Part shown: positions 22,867 through 30,866 of the stretch, piece by piece
Numbering within the stretch: the stretch's first letter is position 1
Layout: the number at the start of each line of letters is the position of its first letter
NCBI RefSeq assembly: GCF_000146505.1
Contig: NC_017448.1
Location: 3,810,001-3,842,000 of the forward strand
Direction: 5' to 3'
DNA from: Fibrobacter succinogenes subsp. succinogenes S85
Lineage (GTDB): Bacteria > Fibrobacterota > Fibrobacteria > Fibrobacterales > Fibrobacteraceae
Length of the DNA stretch: 32,000 nucleotides
Translations under genes and position numbers: made by a program
Notes under the pieces: generated by a model
The model's input: only the letters and a program-made list of their open reading frames with translations
The model's database searches: none
Told to the model about the DNA's origin: nothing

Positions 22867-25757
22867 TGGCTGTAACGTTGGATTCTCTCAGAAAGACTGT
22901 AAAAAAGAATAAGGGGCGTTCTCAGGCTTTGGCCTGGCTTGCCGACATGGAACGTGCTTCGGGTGACTACGAAGCCGCCCTCAAGACGGTGGATGCCGCT
23001 CTTGCCGCGTCTCCGTCCGATATTCCGGCAATGTTGGTCCGTGCCAAGATTTTGGCGGGCCAGCAGGATTTTGCGGGGAGTATCTCTGAATACAAGAAGG
23101 TGCTCGCCAAGGATCCGTTCTGTCTCTCTGCCCATAAAAGAATGGGGGAATCCTACGATAAGCTTGGCAAGGAAGCCGAACGCAACGCCTGCTTCCGCCG
23201 TGTTCACGACATGGACCCGCTAGACCCGTTCTGGAAAGATGAATACGATGTCTTGACCGAAGAAGAACAGGCTAGCCTGGTTGCTCCGCCGATGGACGAT
23301 AGCTCGTTCACGATGGATGTTACTGACGATTCTGAAAATGCAGAATCTGGCGAAGACAATATCTTTGCAAATCTTGCAGCATCGCTTCCGAATACGGACG
23401 AAGAAGACAACTCTTCGATGGATGCTTTGCGCAACTCTCTTAATTTTGCTTCTGATGAAATCGCCAAGGGTGGCGATGAGGTTCAGGATGCAAGCTTTGA
23501 TCAAGCCTTGAATTCGTCCGAAGTGTCGTCTGCAATTTCTGACATCTTGGGCGGTGATGACGATCTTGACGTGGAGGAATCTTCCGGTGAAAAGTCTTCC
23601 GCTTCGTCTTCTCTCTTCTCGCATTTTGCGGATGAGAACGAAAAGGCTGATGAAGCTGTTGAACCGCAGCTTGAAGAAAAATCTAACGAAAATGAATTTA
23701 GTCTCGACAGTCTGGACGAACCGCTAGAAGCGGACGAACATGCGACGAATGTCGATGATGCATTCTCTTCGCTTTTGGGAGAAGATGAACTCCCGGAAGA
23801 AGCTCCGGCTACACAAAGTGCTGCTCCTGCACAGGAAGAGGGGGGACTGTTTGAAAAGTCCGCCGATGCAGACTTTAGCCTGAATGAAAATGCAAGCTTG
23901 GACGAAGGTGCAGGTCTGAATGAAGACTCCGGCTTGAACGAAGGTACTGATGCTCCGGCTGAATCTCTTGATGTGCCGGATGAAGAACCGACGGATCAGG
24001 AAAACCTTGCTGGCGGGCATTCCGAAAGTGCCATTCCGACGACGCACATGGATTTCTCGGATGAAGAAGACTATGGTGAACCGAATCTTCTTAATTTGGA
24101 TGAATCCGAAGAACCTAAGGCAGAAGAATCTGCAACGAATGTCGATGATGCGTTCTCTTCGCTTTTAGGCGATGATGAACTCCCCGAGGAAAAGTCCGAA
24201 AAGCCCGCTGAAACAGCTGAAGAAGAAGTTTCTTTAGAAGAGCCTATTGCAGAACAGCCGGCAGAAGAAACTGTTGAAGAGGCTGTTGAAGAAACTGCCG
24301 CTCCGGTTGAAAAAACTGCTGCCGAACCTTCTCTTGAAGAAACCGCATCTGAAAGTGAATCTGCTGAATTGACTTTGGATGAACCGGCTGCGGAAGAGTC
24401 AACTGCAGATGAGTCTACTGAAAAAACGCTTGAAGAATCTGTCGAAGATTCTTTTGGTAGTTTGTTTGAAAAGTCTGCCGATGCAGATTTCAGCTTGAAT
24501 GACGAACCTTCGGCTGACGAGTCCTCGGAATCTGTTCTTGAAAAGGCTCCTGAATTTACCCCGACGGAATCTGCGGAAAATATCGCACCGGCAGCAGGTC
24601 TTGTTCCGACCTCTCACATCGACTTCTCTGATGAAGAAGATGCACCGAAGGCTGATGATGATTTTGTCTTGGATTTAGACGAAGAAGCTCCGGCGGAAAA
24701 GCTTGAAGAACCTGCTGCTGAAGAAGTTGCTGAAAATGTTGCCGAAGCTCCTGCTGAGTCTTTGGAAAATGTGGCAACTGAAGAAGATGAATCTGCCGCT
24801 GATGAAGTGGATGGCGCCTTTGACGCTCTCTTCGGTGACGATGATGACGCTCCGGCTGAAAAGGCTGTTGAAGAAACGCCTGTTCAGGAAGAACTTGCTG
24901 CTGACGAATCTCCGAAGGAAGAAGACTTAGCTAAAGAAATGGGTGGCGCATTTGCCTCCATGTTCGGCGATGATGATGCTACGCCTGCTGAATCCGCTCC
25001 TGCTGAAGAACCGGTTGAAAAAGCTCCTGCTGAAGAACTTTTAAGTCAGGAAGCGACAAGCGCAGAATTTGAAGAAGAAGCGGTCAAGGATGACGTTGAA
25101 AAGAGCGTCGATGAATCCTTTGATAGTATCTTCGGTGCTGATGCCGATGACCTTCCGGAAGAAAAATCCGAAGTTGCTGAAGCTCCTGCTGACGCTTCGA
25201 CTAGCTCAGTGACCGAAAATATTGAAGAAACCGCAGCTCCGGCCGAAGAACCAACAAGCGTGTTCTCTGCTCCGATTGATTCTTTTGAAGAACCGTCTGA
25301 CGAGACTCTCGAAGAGCCTGCCGCAGAACAGCTTGAAGAACCTGTTGCTGAAACGGCTGAACCGGTCGCAGAAGAAGCTCCTTCCGCTGAACTCGATTCC
25401 ATTGACTCCGAAGTTTCTAACGCATTCAAGGGCCTCTTTGACGAAGACGATTCTTTGCCGGAATCCGATGAACCGAACAATAACGGTGTAGATTACCTGA
25501 TGTCCGGCGATTCCGATGATGAGGTGGCTGCAAGCCTCGTTGAAAATGCCGATGCTCCGCTATCCCGAGGTGCTACCGATTTGGACGACAGTCTGAACAC
25601 GCGTACGCTTGCGGACATTTATATGGAGCAGGGCGTTTACGATAAGGCTCTTGAAATTTATTCGGATCTTGCCAAGAAAAATCCGGATAACGAAGATATC
25701 AAATCTCGTCTTGAAGAAGTAAAGAAACTCTGTCGCGAAAAGTTTGGAGAAGTCTAA
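22863..25757 (+). CDS. TPR-capped, hyper-acidic repeat protein (FimV/HubP-like scaffold candidate), 964 aa
   Basis: N-terminal TPRs run to about aa 120. An approximately 780-aa D/E/A/P/S-rich low-complexity core follows, with about 8 copies of the motif [DE]x[AS]F..[LIM]FG[DE]DD..P. The C-terminal TPR-like helix pair is TLADIYMEQGVYDKALEIYSDLAKKNPDNEDIKSRLEEVKKL. Confidence 0.8.
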   Translation: MMAVTLDSLRKTVKKNKGRSQALAWLADMERASGDYEAALKTVDAALAASPSDIPAMLVRAKILAGQQDFAGSISEYKKVLAKDPFCLSAHKRMGESYDKLGKEAERNACFRRVHDMDPLDPFWKDEYDVLTEEEQASLVAPPMDDSSFTMDVTDDSENAESGEDNIFANLAASLPNTDEEDNSSMDALRNSLNFASDEIAKGGDEVQDASFDQALNSSEVSSAISDILGGDDDLDVEESSGEKSSASSSLFSHFADENEKADEAVEPQLEEKSNENEFSLDSLDEPLEADEHATNVDDAFSSLLGEDELPEEAPATQSAAPAQEEGGLFEKSADADFSLNENASLDEGAGLNEDSGLNEGTDAPAESLDVPDEEPTDQENLAGGHSESAIPTTHMDFSDEEDYGEPNLLNLDESEEPKAEESATNVDDAFSSLLGDDELPEEKSEKPAETAEEEVSLEEPIAEQPAEETVEEAVEETAAPVEKTAAEPSLEETASESESAELTLDEPAAEESTADESTEKTLEESVEDSFGSLFEKSADADFSLNDEPSADESSESVLEKAPEFTPTESAENIAPAAGLVPTSHIDFSDEEDAPKADDDFVLDLDEEAPAEKLEEPAAEEVAENVAEAPAESLENVATEEDESAADEVDGAFDALFGDDDDAPAEKAVEETPVQEELAADESPKEEDLAKEMGGAFASMFGDDDATPAESAPAEEPVEKAPAEELLSQEATSAEFEEEAVKDDVEKSVDESFDSIFGADADDLPEEKSEVAEAPADASTSSVTENIEETAAPAEEPTSVFSAPIDSFEEPSDETLEEPAAEQLEEPVAETAEPVAEEAPSAELDSIDSEVSNAFKGLFDEDDSLPESDEPNNNGVDYLMSGDSDDEVAASLVENADAPLSRGATDLDDSLNTRTLADIYMEQGVYDKALEIYSDLAKKNPDNEDIKSRLEEVKKLCREKFGEV
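23742..24650 (+). repeat. In-frame tandem duplication of an approximately 390-nt coding module inside the acidic protein gene
   Basis: The NVDDAFSSLLG-DELPEE block occurs at 23742 and 24132. LFEKSADADFSLN occurs near 23848 and 24462. H(M/I)DFSDEED occurs near 24034 and 24601. The similarity is also visible at the nucleotide level. Confidence 0.8.
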
Positions 25758-25758
25758 T

Positions 25759-26859
25759 ATGGCTGAACTTCGCATCGAACAGCTCTTGCGTGAGATGGTG
25801 AACCGCAAGGCGTCTGACTTGCATTTGCGAGTTGGCGTTCCGCCTGTTTATCGTATCAATGGCGCGTTGCAAAGACTTTTTGATGTGCGCATCGATAGCG
25901 CCATGATGGATTCCTTCTTGGATGATATCATGAATCGCGATCAGAAACAGCGTTTTGAAGCGAACAAGGAATGCGACTTTGCCGTGGGCGCCCGCGATAT
26001 GGGCCGTTTCCGTGTGAACGTGTTTCGCCAGCGTGGTACAATCGCAGTTGTGATTCGTCATATCAAGGCTGTGATTCCACCGTTCGAAGAATTGCATTTG
26101 CCCGAAATCATTCGCGATTTGGCTTTGACCAGGCGTGGCCTTGTGCTTGTGACGGGTACGACGGGTTCGGGTAAGTCCACAACGCTTGCCTCGATGATTG
26201 ACTACATCAATCAGAAAGAATCTGTGAACGTCATTACAGTCGAAGACCCGATTGAATACCTTTATCGTGATAACGTGGCGATTATCTCGCAGCGTGAAAT
26301 TGGTGTGGATACGCTTTCTTACGCGAATGCACTCCGTGCCGCGCTCCGTCAGGACCCGGATGTGCTCCTTGTGGGCGAAATCCGTGACCTTGAAACGATG
26401 CAGATTGCGCTTACCGCTGCCGATACGGGCCACATGGTGTTTGCGACTATCCATACGACGAACGCCGTAGAAACGATCCACCGTGTGCTTTCGATGTATC
26501 CGCCGCACCAGCATGACGAAATTCGTCTGTTGCTTGCCGAAGTCTTGGTGGGTATCATTTCGCTCCGTCTTTTGCCGACGAAGGATGGCAAGGGGCGAGT
26601 CCCTGCTGCCGAAATTCTCGTGAATACGGGTGCCATCAAGGAATACATCCAGGACAAGAACAAGATTGACATGGTGGAACAGGCTGTTGCCGAAGGCCAC
26701 ATTCAATACCATAGCCAGACGTTCGACCAGGCGCTCCTCGAACTTTACCAGAACGAGCAGATTTCGCTTGAAACGGCTATGAATGCTGCTACGAACCGCG
26801 ATGACTTTGACCTTAAGATTCGTGGTATCTCTGGTACATCTGACCGCGGCTGGATGTAG
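25759..26859 (+). CDS. pilT: Type IV pilus retraction ATPase PilT (twitching motility protein)
   Basis: Walker A GTTGSGKSTT, Walker B/Asp box DPDVLLVGEIRD, and His box ATIHT. The length (about 366 aa) and the C-terminal AIKEYI motif are typical of PilT/PilU. ATG 25759 lies 1 nt after the upstream stop. Confidence 0.9.
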   Translation: MAELRIEQLLREMVNRKASDLHLRVGVPPVYRINGALQRLFDVRIDSAMMDSFLDDIMNRDQKQRFEANKECDFAVGARDMGRFRVNVFRQRGTIAVVIRHIKAVIPPFEELHLPEIIRDLALTRRGLVLVTGTTGSGKSTTLASMIDYINQKESVNVITVEDPIEYLYRDNVAIISQREIGVDTLSYANALRAALRQDPDVLLVGEIRDLETMQIALTAADTGHMVFATIHTTNAVETIHRVLSMYPPHQHDEIRLLLAEVLVGIISLRLLPTKDGKGRVPAAEILVNTGAIKEYIQDKNKIDMVEQAVAEGHIQYHSQTFDQALLELYQNEQISLETAMNAATNRDDFDLKIRGISGTSDRGWM

Positions 26860-26870
26860 TTTAGACGAAA

Positions 26871-26896
26871 GGCGAGCAAAAATGCTCGCCTTTTAT
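26871..26896. terminator. Rho-independent terminator between the convergent genes
   Basis: GGCGAGCA-aaaa-TGCTCGCC followed by TTTTAT on the + strand. On the - strand the same stem is followed by TTTCGTC. Confidence 0.75.
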
Positions 26897-26940
26897 CTTT
26901 AGTCTTTCGTCTGTAGGGCCTCTACGGCCCGTTCTTTCGT

Positions 26941-29079
26941 CTACTTCGTATAAACGCAGCGATCGGTGCTGTTTCCGAAGCAGGTCTTGGTCATGCCGCT
27001 CACGCTGCTCACGACGCCCGGCTTACCTACGCTAGAGACCATCTTGCTACCCGAGAAGCTTGGCTTGAATGCGATATCCGATGTGCCATAATAGCTATTG
27101 GTGTCGAAATTAACGCTGTATTGTGTACCTTCTTCGGAGTTGTTTGTGCCGAATCCGAGCAACTTGCCGCCTGTAATCGATGTTGTTCCGTCGGAATCGA
27201 CCATGCCGCCCATACCGCCGTTCATGCGGCATTCCACGATGATGACGCCTCCGGTGATGCTGATGCCGCCATTGCTGTCGATGCCGTCTGTGTCGCCTGT
27301 GCCCACGTAAACGTAGTGGTAACCGCCAGAGACCTTGAGATTCCCGGTGCTACCGCCCATGCCTCCGCCTGCTCCGCCCCAGCCGCCGCGACTTGTGTTG
27401 CCTGTGGAGGTCGTGCTTGTGCCGCCGGCTGCATTCCAGCCATCGTCTGTAGTGATGACGCTTGTGATGCCGCCTTCAAAGTTCATGTCCGGAGATTCCA
27501 TACCTTCGTAGGCGATGGTCACGCTCACGTTGGCGTTGTCCTTGACGTAGAGTGCTTTTTCGGCGTGGACACCGTCGTCGTCTGTTGCGATGGTCATTGT
27601 GCCGCCGCTGAGCGTGATTGTTCCGCCACTGTGGATACCGTCGTCACGGCTGTTGATGTCAATAACGCCACCGCTGATGGTTATGCTTGAATCGCCCTTG
27701 ATGCCCTTCATGCTTTCGCTCGGGGAGCAGGAGCTTCCGCCACCCATGCCGCCCGGGAATCCGCCACCGCCGAATCCGCCGCTGCTACTGGTGTTTAAGC
27801 TGAGGCAGGATTGTCCGCCGCCAGTTGTAATCTTGATGTTCGGACTCTTGGATTCGCCATTGGCAACGACAACTGCGTTTGCTGCCGTGATGCCGTCAAA
27901 TGCAGATGTTACGGTGATGGTGCCGCCTGTGATTTCGATGGAACCCTTGCCGTTTGCCAAATCTGTTGCGTCTTCGGTATCGCTCTTGATGCCGTCGCCT
28001 TCGGTCGTGGTGATATTGATTGTACCGCCGCTGATTTCAACGGAGCCTTTACCCTTGAGGCCGTTATTCTTGGCGTTCACGGTGATGAGGCCGTTTTTCA
28101 CTTTCAAGTCGTTGCTGGTATGGATACCGTTGTTGTAGTTGGCCTTGACGATAAGCGTACCTTCGCCTTTGATGGTCAGGTCATCCTTGGCGTAAATGCA
28201 AGCGCCCGTCGTATCGGTCTTGGCTTCGCCGGAGTCATTGGTGTAGTTGTAAGTCTTGGTGCGCGAAGAACCGTCCGTGAACGTGTTGGTCGTGCCGTTT
28301 TTGGCAACGACAAAAGCCTTGCTTGCTTTTTGCACGTAAATCGGGGCGTCCGCGGTGTTTGTGAGCGTGAGGCCCTTCATGTTCAGGTAGACGGAACTAT
28401 CCGTCTTGGCGGTGTTTACGAGAATCTGGGCGTCGCTACCGCTGTAAGAACCGCTAAAGTCGTATTCGCCGCCGCAAGTAATGGTAACTGTACCGCCCGT
28501 AGCGGTGACGCAGTTATTTGTATTGGCGACCGTTGCGCCGCTTGCGGCGTAGGTGATGACCGGTGTTTCACCGTTGCTAATCACTTGCTGTACGGGGGAG
28601 CTTGAAGAACTTTGTGTGGCAGGCGTGCTAGAGGAACTCTGTACGCTCGGTATCGTCGAGCTGCTTGAATTGACGGCCGGGGCAACGCTGCTTGAAGATG
28701 CGGTGACGGCACTGCTTGTACCGTTGTTAGCGCTGCTTGCCGGAGTGTTGGCGGAGCTGCTCGAAACGGAGACGTTGGAATTCGAGGATGCGTTGAGGCC
28801 TGAATCGCTAGAATTGGCGACATTGGAATTTGAGGAAATGCCGGAGCCCGAGTCACTAGATACCGAGGTGTTTGATGTCGGAACTGTCTGGTTTTCGCTA
28901 CCGCTGCTTGCCGGATTTTCTGTTGCTCCGGTTTCTGTACCAGTCTGCGAGTCGCTAGAGGTGATTCCTTCGCCTGCGTTGTAAAAATCGCCTATGGCGG
29001 GGTTCGAGTCCGAACAGCCAGCGAACATGGCCAAAGAAAGGCCAGAAATGCAACTCATTGTCAGAAGCTTTATTTTCAT
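26941..29079 (-). CDS. Beta-helix carbohydrate-binding lipoprotein (Cthe_2159-like) with a long Ser/Thr/Asn-rich linker
   Basis: MKIKLLTMSCISGLSLAMFAGC gives the signal peptide and lipobox. An approximately 130-aa S/T/N low-complexity linker follows. Then come repeated turns of the form GDGI(K/H)S...G.I.I.GGT(I/M).I....DG(I/V)H. Gly-rich GGFGGGGFPGGMGGG loops are present. The start at 29079 is preceded by GGGAGA. Confidence 0.7.
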   Translation of the reverse strand: MKIKLLTMSCISGLSLAMFAGCSDSNPAIGDFYNAGEGITSSDSQTGTETGATENPASSGSENQTVPTSNTSVSSDSGSGISSNSNVANSSDSGLNASSNSNVSVSSSSANTPASSANNGTSSAVTASSSSVAPAVNSSSSTIPSVQSSSSTPATQSSSSSPVQQVISNGETPVITYAASGATVANTNNCVTATGGTVTITCGGEYDFSGSYSGSDAQILVNTAKTDSSVYLNMKGLTLTNTADAPIYVQKASKAFVVAKNGTTNTFTDGSSRTKTYNYTNDSGEAKTDTTGACIYAKDDLTIKGEGTLIVKANYNNGIHTSNDLKVKNGLITVNAKNNGLKGKGSVEISGGTINITTTEGDGIKSDTEDATDLANGKGSIEITGGTITVTSAFDGITAANAVVVANGESKSPNIKITTGGGQSCLSLNTSSSGGFGGGGFPGGMGGGSSCSPSESMKGIKGDSSITISGGVIDINSRDDGIHSGGTITLSGGTMTIATDDDGVHAEKALYVKDNANVSVTIAYEGMESPDMNFEGGITSVITTDDGWNAAGGTSTTSTGNTSRGGWGGAGGGMGGSTGNLKVSGGYHYVYVGTGDTDGIDSNGGISITGGVIIVECRMNGGMGGMVDSDGTTSITGGKLLGFGTNNSEEGTQYSVNFDTNSYYGTSDIAFKPSFSGSKMVSSVGKPGVVSSVSGMTKTCFGNSTDRCVYTK

Positions 29080-29180
29080 GATTATATCTCCCATTCAACA
29101 ATTTTCTTAAAACGTATATTTCTTCAAATATGTTTAAAATGGTTGAATTGTTCTTTTTTAAGGACATTGAAATTTTAAGC

Positions 29181-29204
29181 GGAACAAAAAGTTCCGTACG
29201 GAAC
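29181..29204. promoter_or_regulatory. Triple GGAAC/GTTCC half-site palindrome in the divergent promoter region
   Basis: GGAAC-aaaaa-GTTCC-GTAC-GGAAC. The 14-bp core GTTCCGTACGGAAC is a perfect palindrome. It lies between the divergent starts at 29079 (-) and 29266 (+). Confidence 0.5.
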
Positions 29205-29265
29205 GAAAGGGCTCAAATTTTCCATTTTTGGCGAATCCGGCGAGCGAAAATGCTAAATTTGGTAA

Positions 29266-30861
29266 ATGCTTTTAAAGAAAATATTCCCCTTTTTGTCTTG
29301 CTTTTTACTGGTTGCAGGTGTAAGCGAATCAAAGGCGGCTTCGCCGGTTATTGAACCCGAACATTCCCGCAACTTGCGCAATCTTGAAACCGCTCCGATG
29401 TTGTTCGAATACCATCGCCAGACGACGGGCAACGAACGCCAGTACTTTACGTACCCGCGCAGGGACACGACTTTCCGCAAGAATTTCATGAATACGGAAG
29501 GGAACGCGCTCCTTTACTTTGATAATTTGCGCGGCCCGGGCATTCTAGGGAACGGTCTCGATAGCGCAGGGAATACGATTCCGCGTGTGGCTATTGCGGC
29601 AAGCATTGTCGGTGGTATTGATTACCGTGGTGGTGAATCGCTTGGAGACCAGGTTTGGACAGGACGAGACTATCGCTATGAAAAAAAGTCCATTGGCGAT
29701 ACGATTTGGCCAGGAATTGACGGTGGTCTTTACTTGCGTGGCTTTGTGGATTCTGTAGACTTCGTGTTGGATGCGCGCATTTATAGCGAAGGGCATTCAT
29801 CGAAGTCTCCGAAGTCTTTTGATGGTGAATTTCTTGAAATTCAGCGCGAAGAAAATAACTCCGGTGTTGAGTACACGAGCTATGCGCGTTATCGTACGCA
29901 CTTTGCGTTCAACTACGACTGGTTGCGCCTTGACTTTGGCCGTGACGTGATGCACTGGGGGCCGGGCTACTACAACAACTTGACCTTGAACCAGTTCGCG
30001 CTCCCGTACAACATGATGAGCTTGGACTTGATGATAGGGCCTCTTCGCGTGATGAGCTTTTACGGGGACTTGCGTATATACGGCAGTATGAGCGACAAGA
30101 ACAAGGAATTTACGCGAAACCTGTTCGGTCACCGATATGAATTGGCTGTGGGGAATGCAACGTTCGGTATAAGCGAACTCACTGTGCTTTATGACAATAT
30201 GAAGCCTTGGCTTTTTGTGCCGACGGCGCCGTTGTTCATGGAAAAAGGGAACTATTCTGAAAGCAGCAATAACGGATCCATTTCGTTTGACTTTAACTAC
30301 CGCCTGTTCAATATGGTGCGTCTTTATACGGAATTTTTCCTGGATGATATGGAATCTCCGATTAGCTTGATCAAGAATGACAATATCGAAGCCAAGTGGG
30401 CTTGGATGGCAGGTCTCCAGGCGGGTCATGATTTTTATTACAAAGGACACAAGATTGAAGCGGGCACGATTTTTGAATATGCCCGTGTAGAACCGTACGT
30501 TTATTCGCACTTTGATAAGAATACGGCGCAGATAGCGCATCTCGGTTTCCCATTGGGCAATCAGGGTGGCCCGAACAGTCGTACGATTGACTGGAATGTG
30601 TTTGCCCGTTTGGATGGACATATCTTTGCATCTGTTCGTCAGACGTGGTTCTGGAAGGGGACTGATTACGGTAGTGCCGTAAACGATACGACTCCGAAAT
30701 CAAATCACATGAAACTTCCCAAGCATTATTTGAAAGGCGCCAAGCTCCAATATACGATTACGCCTGCCTTGAGTTACGAAGGGCAACGATTCGCATTTTT
30801 GGGTGAACTTTCCTTTGTTGATGATAAACGTGCTTATATCCGTGCAGGATTCAAGTGGTAG
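29266..30861 (+). CDS. Putative outer-membrane beta-barrel protein (possibly Wzi / capsule-assembly-like)
   Basis: N-terminal signal peptide, alternating amphipathic strands rich in aromatic residues, and a C-terminal ...YIRAGFKW ending in an aromatic residue (beta-signal). The Wzi similarity is from memory only. Confidence 0.55.
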   Translation: MLLKKIFPFLSCFLLVAGVSESKAASPVIEPEHSRNLRNLETAPMLFEYHRQTTGNERQYFTYPRRDTTFRKNFMNTEGNALLYFDNLRGPGILGNGLDSAGNTIPRVAIAASIVGGIDYRGGESLGDQVWTGRDYRYEKKSIGDTIWPGIDGGLYLRGFVDSVDFVLDARIYSEGHSSKSPKSFDGEFLEIQREENNSGVEYTSYARYRTHFAFNYDWLRLDFGRDVMHWGPGYYNNLTLNQFALPYNMMSLDLMIGPLRVMSFYGDLRIYGSMSDKNKEFTRNLFGHRYELAVGNATFGISELTVLYDNMKPWLFVPTAPLFMEKGNYSESSNNGSISFDFNYRLFNMVRLYTEFFLDDMESPISLIKNDNIEAKWAWMAGLQAGHDFYYKGHKIEAGTIFEYARVEPYVYSHFDKNTAQIAHLGFPLGNQGGPNSRTIDWNVFARLDGHIFASVRQTWFWKGTDYGSAVNDTTPKSNHMKLPKHYLKGAKLQYTITPALSYEGQRFAFLGELSFVDDKRAYIRAGFKW

Positions 30862-30866
30862 AATGT

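Noticed and set aside
23200-25500. Repetitive DNA in the acidic protein gene as a possible CRISPR or VNTR array
   Set aside because: The repeats are in-frame coding modules of variable spacing within one long ORF. There is no constant repeat-spacer periodicity.
25699-26712. 337-aa - strand ORF antisense to pilT
   Set aside because: The pilT frame has Walker A, Walker B and His-box motifs. The antisense ORF is a compositional artefact.
27098-28984. Several + strand ORFs (27098-27310, 27121-27690, 27590-28138, 27811-28605, 28553-28984) opposite the beta-helix lipoprotein gene
   Set aside because: The repetitive Gly/Ser/Thr codons of the - strand gene keep the opposite frames open. Only the - strand product has a signal peptide, a lipobox and a coherent repeat architecture.
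29797-30621. 274-aa - strand ORF inside the OM barrel gene
   Set aside because: It is antisense to an ORF that has a signal peptide and a C-terminal beta-signal. Its own translation is Arg/His/Val-rich and featureless.
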